DNA of 64,000 nucleotides from Fimbriosthenelais zetlandica (lineage: Eukaryota), in the NCBI GenBank assembly GCA_977030845.1, contig OZ365111.1, positions 9,982,001 through 10,046,000 on the forward strand, in the 5' to 3' direction. The notes below the pieces were generated by a model. That model was not told the DNA's origin. It was given only the letters and a program-made list of their open reading frames with translations, and ran no database searches. Below are positions 12,105 to 25,300 of this stretch, one piece after another (the first letter of the stretch is position 1; every line of letters begins with the position of its first letter). The translations under genes and the position numbers were made by a program.

Positions 12105-15100
12105 CTAATCGCCGCCTTCTGAGGATTCACTTCCAGATCCCGACGCTGAACCTCCAGACTTGCCAGGTGAGTCGAGAATTTCCTCATCTGAAGGCAACTG
12201 GAAGAGAGATAAAAAAAAGAATAATTATTTATTTGTTTATTTATTTATTAACATTTTCCCATCTCCAATCTAAATGTGCACTGTTATTTAAATGTAATAA
12301 GGGGAGAAAGGGAAAGGGAATAATTATCCATAATCCTTTTTTAAGAAATTTATTGGGGCAGAAAAACTCACGTTTGCAAATTCTTCATCGCCATCTTTGA
12401 GGTCAGCCACTTTTCCTTTGGATCGTGTGACTTTTTTCTCTTTAGGTTCATCCGACTCTGAGCCTGATTCAGCTCCGGATCCTGATCCGGCTGCGGATTC
12501 CGACCCAGATGCGGATTCCTCCTTCTTGGTTGGCTTCTTAGCTGGCTTCTTCTTCTTCTTTTTAGCCGCTTTTGAACCCTCGTTGTCTGAACTGTCAGAG
12601 CTGGAGATGAATTCCTTACTCTTGAAGGCGCCGCCAGAACCAGCTTTGGAATCCCCGGCTGGCTTCTTGGGACTTCCTTTCTTTTTCTTGGCCTTAGGGC
12701 TGCAGAGGAAGCAAATTATGAAAATTAAATACAATACATATTAAAATCAGGTCATGGACATATTATATAAAAATGAAAAATACTAATGGTAACACATTTG
12801 GAATTGGATACACAGTATTATATATCATTTATAACAACACTATGTAAATGATTGTATACGAATGATAATCACCTGGAAGGTTCTTTGCTTGTGTTATAAT
12901 CTGCCATAGCATCTTGATAACGTTCCTTGGCTTGGTTAGCGAGTCCTTCCCATTTCTGAAAAAAAACACAAAAATACATTCATAAATAAACAAAATCTAA
13001 ATAAATAAATAAAAACAAAAATTATCGATAATTATGAGAGAAAAATCAATTTTAATTTTCAGGATATTTCATCTTGATTAAAAGATTGTCAGAAGACTGA
13101 TGCTAAAGGTCCTTGAAGTGAACTTACAGATCTATCTTTGACTTCCCTCCACATCTCTCCACCTCTCTTGGTCACCTCAATGATTGTGAAGCCGGGATTT
13201 TCCTCCTTGATCTGATCCCTGTGTTCATTCAACCACAGGAGATAAGCTGAGGCTGGGCGTGTAGGACGGTCAGGATCTTTATCTTTTTTACCTTTGGTTT
13301 TCCTCTTCTTACCTGCACCTCCACTGGTAAACATAGGTTCGCGCTGAAATTATCAAGACATCATTGGTGAATACAAAATCAACTTAAAGCTGAAACACAT
13401 TAGTATCATGTAGGGTTTTATAAACAAAAAAAACTTGAATTATTTATCCCGAAATACATTTGGCAAAAAATATAGAATATATAGGAAGTTATTTTTAAAA
13501 AAACGTGTAGATCTTGGGGTCAATGACGTCACTCACTCTGCCAATGACACCCTCTGATGAATTTAGGCCTAATCATCTATATTGACGGCAATAGATAGAT
13601 TCGGTCTATTCATCATAATAAATGTTTTGACGGTGCGAAATTTGAAACTTCGAAACTAGAAATTGCGAACTTCGAATGCACAGCTACAAATGAAACTATT
13701 TCATTTTAAATAACAAAAATGTGTGTATAACTATTACTTACGACCACTTTAGCTTTCCTCTCCTTTTCCTTTTCTTTTCTTCTGGCCTCTTTTCTTTGTT
13801 GTCTTTGTTCCTCTGTCTCGTCTGTGTTCTCATCGCTGCTGCTGGTTGAACTGGAGCCTGCGTCTGTGTCATACTCCTCAGCCACTTCACTGCCGCTCTC
13901 ACCGGGATTAAATGACTCATCTGTAAAATATAAATTTAATTTAATTAATTTTGTTAATATGTCTGGTGTTAAAAGCATAATTTTAAAAATAATTTAAAGC
14001 CTTGAGTGAATGAGATGATACTGCTTACATTACTCTTAATTTACTTACACCACATCAAATATTTAATTTAATACCTCAAAGTACTTTAGCGGTTTATGTA
14101 GCAGATCAGATTTAGGCTAGGTATGACAAAAGTTTAAGTTTTTAAATTAAGTTGACGTTACCTGAGCTATCAGTATCATCATCCAGATCGTCTGAGTCTC
14201 TGTTTTTTCCCTCGGCTTTCATTCTCTCCAGGTAAGCATCGTGTTCACCCTCCGCGTCCGATCCCTCCATATCATCAGCATAGCCTCCACTTTTACTGCC
14301 TTTCTCCCCTATGTTCTTCACTCGTAGTTTCTTGGTCGATACATAATCATACAATTTCCCATATTCTTCTCTGTAATGTAAAGAAAATATATTTAACAAC
14401 TGATCATTTGCTCATCATTTGTGGGGTACATAGATTGCACTCCAAATTACAATACACAAACAAAAATGTAAATTGTTTTTCTTAAAAAATGTTTTCCCAA
14501 AAAGTTATTATCACAGTGGTAATCACTAAGAAAGAAATGGAAACTCTTGTGATTAAAACACAAGTGATTATTCAATTTTAACTCAATTTGTTTTTCTCAT
14601 AATTACATAATTTCACTTACTTCTGTATACCAACAAAGTTGTAGCCATTTCCGCCTGTGGTTTCAATTTCAAAATCGAACGATCTAGTGGTAGAGCCCGT
14701 ACTACGGGCGAAGTTGACGGATGCTATCTCATCAAAGCGTACATGGATTGGTGGCTTGTGTACGAATATAAAACCTCGGTCAAGAGGATACAAAAAGCCA
14801 GTACCGGCCTTATAGGAACAGGCAATGGATTGAGAGCCACCGTGTCTACAAGAAAAAAAATCAACATTTATAATCTTTAATCTAATCCAATCGTTAAATA
14901 TTACCAGACTTGTATGAAATTTCGTTCCACCTTGAATGAAATTTCATTCTAAAATGAGATTTGAGACTTTTTTTTAAAGAAATTGAGACATTTAAAGAGA
15001 TTGTAGACTTACCCTTTGAATGAGCCAGACTGAGTGACTTTTCGGTTCACTAGTGTTTTAACTATCCGTGCGATTACTTCATACTCCAAACCAGACATTT

Positions 15101-18080
15101 CCTGTTGTAATTTGCCATCATACTTCTTCTCCAGGTCTTCTCTAGCAGGATAAAGGATGACAAGGAAAACAGTTAGTAAAACATCAATAATGCATTTATG
15201 TTATTCTGATATTGTTTAGTTTAGAATGTTGTTGATTGAATGGGGTTTAACGTCACTTTTGAACAATTTTTCAGTTATATCATGACGGTGCCTACTTGTG
15301 ACAGTGAGCCCAATGCTCTTTTATAGTGCTGCCTCACTGAGGTATCATGTCGCAGGCACATGACATGATACCTCGCCCAGTCACATTATACTGACACCGG
15401 GTTGACCAGTCCTAGCACTGTCCTCTTTTTGCTGAGTGCCAAGCGAGGGAGCCACTAGTCCCATTTTTTCAGTCTTTGGTATGACCCGGCCGCGGTTCGA
15501 ACCGGCGACCTTCCACACACGGGGCGGACACTCTAACCACTACACCACCGCGGTGGTCCTTAGTTTAGAATGATTCTTAGGACTGGTGTTATAGTTTGGA
15601 AGGACAAAGTTCATGATTTTGAGATAATCATTCAGAACTTACTCCGAGACACCAAGTTGTAACGTTGTTTCATCTTCATTGTTGAACATCATGATAAGGA
15701 AAGGGTATCTGGTCTGTCCTTGTTTGATTGGAGGATCTAAGCTCATCTGTGAAAGGGTTATTTTAAATACAGTTATATTTGAAAGTTTAAGAATGATGCA
15801 CTAGATAAAAGAAAAATCTGGTCATATTATTATTATTGATACAACTGAAAAATTGTCACAAAAAATATAGAAGAAAGAAAGGGTACATCATCTAAACATG
15901 TGTACATAGCTATATTTAGCCTATTGGCTATAACATAAAAGATTTGTAATGCCAGTTACTATGGGATTGGCTATATTCATGGCGATTTTGACGATAGAAA
16001 CTAGAACTGAAAAAAACTTACCACAAAGAACATCTGTCTCCCATCTCGATGTGGCAATAGGAAGAGGCGTAGCACTGTAGTGTGGGGGATTTTATAATCA
16101 AATGTTTTACCGTGGAGCTGAATAAATGTCTGGTAGATTTTGATGTCATACCGACCTCTGTAACAGTAAACATCCAATTAAAAATCAGTATTTAGGTAAG
16201 AAAAATTTCTAATTCAAAATTATAAAATTCAGCTTGTAAATAAGAAAATAAAGTTCATGGATTCCGTACCTGGGGGTAAGACATTGGACCTCTGTAAATA
16301 TAGCAATAGCATCACCAGTCGCTTGAATGATATCGGCTTTAGCTATAACATTCTTGTAGAATTCCTGAAATTCAATGGAAAAGGTGATTTTATTTTCTAT
16401 TCAGATTTTTGTTGTTTAAGGTGTTCTAAGAATTTCGCCTTTCTCTTCTTTTGACCTGGACTGGGTCTTCTTATTTTCTATTCAGATTTTTGTTGTTCAT
16501 GGTGTTCTAAGAATTTCGCAGGGGTCCAGATTCCGGGTCGCCCGACGGCCCGTGGCGACCTGAAAAGCCTAAGGGCGACCAACTATATAGAGATACTCGC
16601 CCTGCTGGTAATTTTGGAGTTTAACATTAGAAAACAATATTAAAGGCGACCAAGTGTTGGTAAGGGCCACCATGGATTTATAGTAGGTCACCCTGCTGGC
16701 GACCAAGGTATTTTAGGGAGTCTGGACCCCTGATTTCGTGTTTCCCTTCTTTTTACCTGGACTGGGTCTTCAGAGCTGTTGTTATCAGCAGGAATGTGGA
16801 AGCGCAGCTCCATAAGTGAGACCGGGGCATCGTCATTAGGATGAAACTCGACGGTGACTTCATTTTTACTTGTGATGCTGTGTGACACATTACCCAGCGG
16901 GATTTCAAAGGCTGGTTTACCGTCTATTTCAAAGTCCAAAGCATTTGCCTGGAACTTGGCTGTGCCCCAATTCCATCCTTTGAGGCACATATTAATTTGT
17001 TCCAGGTCTGTTTCGTAATGTTTTTTGAAGAAGGTGGACAGCTTTTCATACTCCTGAAACAATGAGAGTTTTAATGAAAAATAAAATCTTGTTACGGGGT
17101 CATTAAACTTTACATTCGGGGCATAACTATAACCACCTATAATTCCATAGACCTCAATTAATTCGTTTAAAACATGTTATAGCTTACTCTATTATACAAG
17201 ATTGAGAATAATTTACGGCATTTTACGCACCGATTCCTTTATGCCGTCGTATCTGTGAATGGTTTCATTAGAGAGGATAAACTTCAGGCAGTATCCACGG
17301 GCCCTCATCAACCACTGAGTGGATTCAATATCTTTGGCACTGAACTGATCCACCTTTCCTGTCTTTATATTTTTGAAGATCACGGACTCGCTCTGAATTT
17401 TCAGTCTGCCGGGGTTCTGAAAAATAAACAAAATGTACGGTACTGAGAATGAGCCTTACACCAACAACATTGGACATTTTTATCTACCGTATTTAATGTG
17501 TATTGACCATGCCATAGTCATAGACATAGACTAATCGTCTACTACTAATAGTGTCAATACACAATAATCTACACATTTTAATATTTATAAATTTGCAAAT
17601 TTGTGTCTATGCCAGTTATGGTAATACGACCATTAAATAATACGACCAATACATGTACAGATGAATACTCGAGTCTATCCATCATTCATAGTCCATAGAC
17701 TTACTAATAAGTTTATCATCATTATGGATTGGTCAAATGTGAAATGATTCACAACACTGTGTCTATGACAAGTTGAAGTTGGACTTTGAGTGTTTTATTA
17801 TCCACAGCAGTGGACAGTTCATACAAATTAATGTTCAATAGAACGAGGAGAATCTAAAGAAGTAAAATTTAATTTATCTTAGTGCAAATATCGGTATTTT
17901 CTCGTCCCATCTTCACATGCAGCCCATCATCCATGTGGTGGTAGACTGGTGAGCGATAATAGATGAAATTTAAATTCGGATGCATATTTTGACTCAGACA
18001 ATCGCTTCGTGAACGATTTTACTTACCATGAAACCTCGGATCTCCTGATGAATGTCCGAGTACTCGATTGTATCACCCAT
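12105..18080 (-). CDS. SSRP1: FACT complex subunit SSRP1, 14 coding exons, 777 aa
   Basis: Exons (minus): 18027-18080, 17231-17416, 16757-17053, 16270-16364, 16022-16157, 15643-15746, 15013-15141, 14621-14845, 14162-14370, 13742-13920, 13128-13343, 12873-12955, 12372-12699, 12105-12197. All introns are GT-AG, phases are consistent, total 2334 nt. Hallmarks: [56 protein letters not shown] box [22 protein letters not shown]. Confidence 0.98.
13384..13571 (-). mobile_element. Dispersed ~190-bp repeat (TTAA-ended MITE-like terminus), copy 1
   Basis: The reverse complement aligns along its length with 30140-30326 (CATCAGAGGG..TGGCAG.GTGAGTGACGTCATTGA.CCC.AGATCTACA...CTTTAA). Confidence 0.7.
15229..15559 (-). 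mobile_element. Full-length tRNA-derived SINE with a 13-bp target-site duplication, in SSRP1 intron 6
   Basis: tRNA-like head with A box (TGGTGTAGTGG) and B box (GGTTCGAACC), a conserved core and a short-repeat tail. TSD TTAGTTTAGAATG at 15216-15228 and 15560-15572. A second copy lies at about 44835. Confidence 0.9.
16391..16770. repeat. 81-bp tandem duplication spanning the SSRP1 exon 3/intron 3 junction; the second copy is interrupted by a MITE
   Basis: TATTTTCTATTCAGATTTTTG at 16391 and 16472. ACCTGGACTGGGTCTTC at 16454 and 16755. Confidence 0.85.
16519..16732. mobile_element. 214-bp MITE (hAT-like CAGGG termini) with a 6-bp TSD
   Basis: TIRs CAGGGGTCCAGA / TCTGGACCCCTG (16 bp with 1 mismatch), ATTTCG on both flanks, and repeated subterminal GGCGACC/GGTCGCC motifs. 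Confidence 0.85.
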
Positions 18081-18740
18081 ATTGGATGTCCAACCAGAAA
18101 TTAACGTTAAAATTTAAGAAATCCCGGGACCCGGTTTCGGCGTAAAATAACAACAGACACTGGCAACTTTTCCCGCAGTTTTCAGGAAGTGGGTCACAGT
18201 AGAGAGACCCGTAAGCTTCGGTGACCGAATCCCAAACCAGACGATACTTTGTTTTACACTGATTAACGGCTAAACAAACAATAACAAAGATCTAAAACTG
18301 AAATATATTTCTTAGTTTTCTTGTTAGTATTTACGTAAATTATAGATAACAATTAAAATTTCATTTCCTAATAACACATTACGATGCTTAAAATGTAGGG
18401 GCAGACGAATTTATTTCTGTTTGAGAAATTACTACTTATATTTATTTTACGGGTAAAATAGGATTCATTTCCCAAAGTATCACATTGTGTGATTTGATTT
18501 TATATGATAAATAACATAAATATATAAATACATTATAAAAATATCATGGATTGCTCATTTCAATAAAAAATTAGTGTTCCGATACCTAGAATATAATCCT
18601 GCCGGTAGATGGCGTATGTAGTTCTCTTTGTTTACCAATGGCAGCCAACAGTGCGTGTCTTTACACAGACTTGCCACTCCACACCACTACTCAATGATCT
18701 GGATATGAACTATGCGGGACCATTAAGATAAAAGGGATTG
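18081..18740. promoter_or_regulatory. Bidirectional promoter region between SSRP1 and the TNKS1BP1/KIAA1671-like gene
   Basis: Divergent genes. E2F-like TTTCCCGC at 18169-18176, ETS CAGGAAGTG at 18183-18191, CTCF/YY1-like CCGGTAGATGGCGT at 18602-18615. A non-coding exon donor TTG|GTGAGT lies at 18740/18741. Confidence 0.6.
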
Positions 18741-19370
18741 GTGAGTACAAATTATTTTCTCCAAGTCGTTCCCATTTTCCTAATACACTCAAAAATGTAC
18801 CGGTGGGTTGGACTCGGAGCATGTGCCCGGGCACTGGGCCTGGCCTGGGTCAGGTGGAAAATGGTGGGGGATGGGAAACACGGGACTCGGACTCGGTAGG
18901 CCTTGCCGGGCTCTCGCAGGGATCGATTCGTAAGCTCCAGTAACAGTCAGGCACAGGGAATGTAGGATTACTTTAGCTTTTCCAGGTGTCTGCATACCAG
19001 TTTTACAACTTCTTAATCTTAGTTCTAATGGTTTGTAGTTGAAAGGTGCTATGGCTAAAAATCAAATCAATAATGCTGAATCGTCCAAAGCATAGCAATA
19101 GGCATAGGCAAAGATGTGTATTGTCCATTTAGTCTCAAAATTAATTTTGATGTATGGGAACAAGCCAGATAAAAGATTTTCCTGATTAATATGGATACAT
19201 GTACATTAATAACTCCATGTGAAGAACCACTAGGCCTATTCAAATATCCATTAATTTGTCAGGCCTATTTTTAATTTATTCAACTCAGTACCAACATTTT
19301 AATCTTCATTGCAGGTGCACGTCCAAGAATAGATAATCCAACAGGTAGACTTCATTCCCCGCAGCAGATC

Positions 19371-22300
19371 ATGGATACGAAGAAAGATCTACATAAATTT
19401 GAGAAGGCAGAAAAGCTGGGTTCTGGTTCAGAAGATGATTGGAGTGATGGCACGTTTGATGAGGAGGAGCAGAGTGGGTCCTACCAAGATTTGGCTACAT
19501 CAATGCAGGAAATGATAAGCTGTCATAGGTCCTCTCCAGGCCCCAAGGTAATTTCCTTTCTTTATCTAGTACCGTATCACTATAATAGTATAATTTATCC
19601 TATAGGTAAGCCGGTGTGGATATATGGTCTAATTATGGAGTTTCATGTGTTTCCTGGAATTTTATATATTCTCTCTAACCATTGAGTTACCATTCATTTC
19701 AAGTGCGGTTATACATGTATCAAGAGTTATTACTCGGGGTAAAAAGTTAATTTAATATATGAACAGGTGCTTGATACTTAGAAGTAGGCTATACCTATAT
19801 CGATCAGCGTTAGTTGATAGGAAAATAAGTTCGAGTGTCTTTCGGTCGTTGTAAATTGTTATGTTTGTCAGGGATTAAAAACCGATATTTTCTCATTATT
19901 CATTAACCTTCATGTATGTATTCTAATCTCATTTTCACTGAGCCATATCACAAGTCTGAAAAGCACCTGTTGGTAAATTAATCTTATTTCTTCTGCGATT
20001 TGATGTTATCATGTATTTTTTATTTGCTACATTGGCAGTTGATTTTGGTAATTCCTTTTAAGACATAATTGCTTAAAGCTTTTATATTATTCGAGATTGC
20101 CAACCGGTTTACTTCAAACACCAGCTGTGAATAATTAACTCTAGGACTTGAAGACATAATTCATACCCTTTTTACTTACTGTGATTTTTGTAAAACAGTT
20201 TGTCTGTACATATGTACATCGGCCCCACTTTAGTTTCAACCCCTCCTGTAAATGGAAATAGCGACAGCCACCACAGTTCCAGCCCCAGATAGAGTGTCAT
20301 TGTTTGTGTCCTTATGGGGTCAAGTGGCCTCGGAGTTAAATATACACGTCTCTTGTTTACACTCGCTTTGATAAGTAAAGATACGACTGCCATTACTTAG
20401 GTGAATTATACCTTCCTGACTAATATTTTATCAGTTGTCCTGACCCATCTCCCTCCCACTAAAAGCTAGTTTCAGTATGTTAAAACAAAGTTAAGCCAAA
20501 TATCTTCTAAACAATGGCAAGATCTTAACTGCGATAATGTTGCATGCCATTCTTGTCTTCTGATTCTGAATATAACGGAACTTAAATAGTTGTATATAGT
20601 ATAGATAGATACATAAAATGGATTTCTCTGACAGGATGACCTATTTTATAATTTAAGATCTTAGACTCATTGAATCTATACCTAATAAATACAGGTATCT
20701 AATGAATATTCAGGTGGCAAAACTTAAGCAGTTCTAGTGTCAACGATACAACACTGGCTTAATCAGGCTAATTGCCAATTTCTCCTACGGTTTCCATAAT
20801 GTTGGAGGCCAAGAATAGACAATTATATCAGACCAGCTCCGTCTCTTCCCAGCCAAAAGACCCGGGCTGTCATTTCCTGGGGACAAAATTTGCCTCTTCC
20901 GGAATTTCACATGGCTCATCCTTTTGGTGTGACAAGGGGAAGCTCTTGGCGTGAGTTCTATGTGCCTTTCTTGTGAAGTGCCTCCTTAACCGAGAAGGCG
21001 GTTTGCATTGCCCTGTGAAAAAACCTTGAGAAGTTTTGGCCTATTTACCAGCTGCTTGCACTTGCACAATAGAAGGAAGCCTTAGGGTACGCTCTGTTAA
21101 AGTTAAACATAGCTCATGTAACGCTATAAATCTGGTTAGGGTATGGTTAATGTCCCTGGGATCCACCATTGAAATATGGCCAGCTTAAATACTATGAACT
21201 TAGAAGTTTTTAACATAACAGTGGAATTACATTTTTTTTTATTTCAAATGTCATGAAATGTTCATTATTTAATTTAGCTATACATGTATTTGCCAGTTTA
21301 TCCCTCCATGATTGAACTTTGCCTAATCTATACAAATATTTTCCACGCTGAGTTAATCCCTATAAATCAATGTGGATTTATTAAAATATATAATCGGAAA
21401 AAATACTTATCATTGCTTGCTTCGCATGAGATTGAGGACTGTAAAACCGGTTTCAGCCTGACACAGCCAGGCATATGCAACCTTCTTTACGTTGAATCTT
21501 TTCAATGCATTGAATTTACCCTGGGCATGAATGTCGTGGCGTTTTTGTAGACACTGAAAATATTGCACAGACACCTCCGAGTTGTTAAGGCAACTTGTGT
21601 AATACTTAACTTATACCCACAATATGTACTCAACAAACTTTGGGGTGTTTTGGGTTTTATTGTCCCAGAAGATTTTTGGAGCTTACACTTTCAAATGGAT
21701 ATCCGTACAGAAAATTAAGTGAAAGTAGAGATGAATTCCTCTCAACATACATAGAGAAAACATTTTATTTATGATTAAATGAAGCCATAGTCCCCTTCAT
21801 TTATTTTAATTTCTTGGTATTTAATATTTTGGCTCAGCAGTTGTTTATGAAAAGACGCGATCGCTGATAGATCTGTTAGTTTTATCGACAAAAAGAAATG
21901 TGGGCATATATGTGTACACGACCATCCTCCTTGACGTATCAGAAAGCATGCTGGGTCTAACCGACAAAATAATCAAAGAAGACCCCAGTGATAAGACCTT
22001 TATCTATACCTCCATTGACTGATTACATAAAGCCCTCATATTTTCTACTCCAGGCCCCTATGGCTGTCACCCACTTGGAGCCTCGTCCTATCAAAGGTTT
22101 CTATTGTTAAAGTGACGCGGTATACATCTTTTTTTTTTGTTAAGAGGAAGCTATATTCTCTTGTCTTGATCAACTACCCTTTGGTATTTTATTCTTTTCA
22201 AGCAAGCATAGATATCCAATTCGGGGTCACACAGTAAGGCGACCCTATTTACTGCCTGAAATCTAGCAACAGAACATTTGACTTTATGGCTGAAATATAT

Positions 22301-25300
22301 GTATTGAAATCTATAATGTTGTGTTTGAATATATAATATTGCACCCAATCGTCGATGATTTGTGAGCAAAAAGTAATCACTTATTCTAACTAAAATATTT
22401 CTATTCTGTTTTCAGAAACGGGAACGAACTCTTTCACCATCTACTGGTAAGTAATTTCTTCTACAGTTTCATTGATTATAAAATGTATTATATAATTTAT
22501 ATTACATAGAATTTTCAAAATTAACTTTGAATGAGCAGGTTTTTCATTAATACACATTAACAAGTGTTAACGGGATGTTACCAAAGGGTCGGTTAATTAA
22601 TAATGTGAGTCACACCTATCCATTTTTACTGGGAATCCATTTGTTGTTATTTGGTCAGATTGTTTACATTGGTTACCATGGTAAATGCAACATGGCTTTC
22701 AACTATGAATGAAACTCTAGAGGGAGCCAGCGCCGGTCTCTTGCTCTGTCTCGCTTGTTACGATTTAAAATATTCCTTGTCAGATGCAGCAAACAGTAAC
22801 AGTAGCATGCATCCATTAATACAATAGTAGGCTAAGCCCATTGAATATCCATAAGCCTCAATAATGATTCTGAAAATTTATAAACTCTGATATAACTATG
22901 ATAAAAAGACTAATGTTGAATATTTAACCCAGTTTATTATTCCTTAAATTGTAAATGTAAAACATATCCACTGAGTCCCTCCTGATTTTTTACTTACTTA
23001 TTGAAAGAAATATTTATAATGTACAAGCTCATTGCTAGTTTCTGGCAAAACATGTGTACCTTTAGGCCTACCTACCCACCTCCTTAAAATCTGTTGATAA
23101 AAGTCCAGCCCTTTCATGGACCATGCCTGTATGTGTATCTGTCCCAGAAACAGAACAGTCCTCGCGTTTTGGCAGTCGAGAAACATTGATTAAGTAGCGG
23201 CATGTTCTTATCAGCAACATTCAGCAATGCCTGCCCTACCCTAACTCTTTCCACTGTGTTTCCTTCGGCCATAGCCAATGCCTCGATCCGCGAGCCAGCA
23301 GATTTCTTTTGGCATGAAGATTGTTTTATATGCTGCTCGGGTTCAGGGCCCCAGGCAGCGAGCAGCTCCTAGCCCCATTCTCTCCCCATATAGGAGCAGC
23401 TCTCAAAGCCATCAGCCCCACCCATCAATCAATTTTATTTGCAAATTGGTTTGATGAATAAATCAATTTCTTAGTGCTTAGGGGCTTTTGCAAGTCTATA
23501 TTGAGGGGTTTTCCTCGGTCTCAGTCCAGGGTACAACACTGCTACTACCACCAGACCTATCCCCAGCGCTGATTCCATGCCATCTAGAAGCCGCCCCCGC
23601 GCCCCAGTGCACCACAGCACCCTACCCAGCCTTTACATCCTCCATAGAGCCTGCTACAAGACTCACTCTCCATACTACTAGTACCTCCCCTATATACTAC
23701 TCACTACTATTGTAACCAGCCTGGCTCCCACTGTATGGACACGTGCTTCCAACGGCAATGTCTGAAGAGACTAATATGAGCGAGCAATTACTCAGCTTAA
23801 TTGGAGCGGACACTAATGGGAATAGAGACTGGCACTTACTATGGGACTTTTGTCTTAAATGAAGAGCGATTTATCAGTGGAAAGAAGAGCTCAATGGTCT
23901 GAACACCTGAGCCTAGTGGGGGTGTGTGATATAGTGATAAGAGATGGGAGTCGGCAGTGTTATCTGAGAACCAGTGGTAGGCAGCTGGAGAGGCTGTTAT
24001 CTTTTATATCAGGAGGAGGATGGATGGAAGGACGAGTAGGAGGAGGAGGCGTGGTAGGATGGCAGGCTGTCTTTAGAACAACTCTAGCCGTCTCTCCTTC
24101 TATTGCTCGGCTGACTCGTACATCCAGCCTTTTCTATGTAACCAGCTGAGATGTGCAGCTGTGGACCTGCAGCTGCATTTAAATACACTCCTTTTACTCA
24201 CACGCTTGCTCAGACACAAACACTCACCAGAAGCTGGCCCTCTCTTCCAGAGCTGCCATCTGCTGTTGAGATGTCAAGCCAAATGGAAGTCTCTCCAAGG
24301 CTTCTAGTTACCATACAAATAGGATCTAGCACCCCTACTCTATACCACCTACCGCTACCATGTACCTCAGGACCCCGCCTACCTCCCCTAGGAATTACAC
24401 TATAAACAACAACAACTCTGGCCTCTTTCAATCATCTCATTTTTAACTGTTTCTAGCACCCTGGCACTTACCAACGTGTTGATAACAGACCAGAAGGCTA
24501 TTTCATTACTCTGCCCACTTGTCTATGTGTACATCTATCTTCTCTATGATTGGAATCTTGTCTGCCTTTGACTCCTGATATAGCACAGGGATTGACCTTT
24601 CCTGATACATGTTATAGAACCTGTCTGGTTGAATATTGCCTGAGGACATTGCCCCACGAGGAGGATCCATTTCCCAATCACCACCATTGGTTGGAAAATC
24701 CTTACTTACATGATCAATTCCGTACACAGATCTTCTTCAGTGACATATGAGATGTGTCATCAAAAACTGGATTCAGAAACTAATTTATCAAATTTATTTC
24801 CTGGTTCTATCTCATCACAGGGATAATACACTAAATGCGTGTATTCTTTATAAACGTCAAATGCTGTGATCTTTACACAAGTACCGATTCCCATTTCTGC
24901 TTTTAGAATATAATATTTGATCTCTGCTGAGCGGATCAAGCCATGGGCATGGTATATTGTGTTTTTCTCATCAGCTGTGATTGCTTCAGACATGCTCCCC
25001 TAGGACAGAGTTGCTCATCTGTTATTCCGCATTTGTTTTGGCACCCAGGAGGTCTAAGTTAATTATGACAGTTTTTTCTCTGACTTGCTGAAGTTCTCAA
25101 ATGCCACTTCTCGTCTAAGGGAGATAACAACAGGAATGGCAGTTCCGGTTCCCAACTTGACTCGATGTGTCATGTGTCATCCGCGGTGACTTTTGTCATT
25201 GATTATACTCAGTGTTACAGCTCAGACTTTGAACTGAAACAATATCACAATGGACCTAGGCCATACTAATCCGAGATCATTTCTAGGAATGAGATTTACC

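Noticed and set aside
12397-12744. Antisense or alternate-frame ORFs over coding exons (12397-12744, 13738-13920, 34498-34776, 46136-46357, 61353-61538, 61808-62521)
   Set aside because: They are shadows of low-complexity or GC-rich real exons.
15480-15559. tRNA gene (also at about 44835)
   Set aside because: The tRNA-like head runs into a SINE body with a TSD, and no complete cloverleaf forms.
24210-24993. Minus-strand CR1/L2 ORF1 esterase or APE endonuclease
   Set aside because: The plus strand gives a more coherent, ordered DIRS/Ngaro gag-RT reading, so the minus-strand resemblance is probably a shadow.
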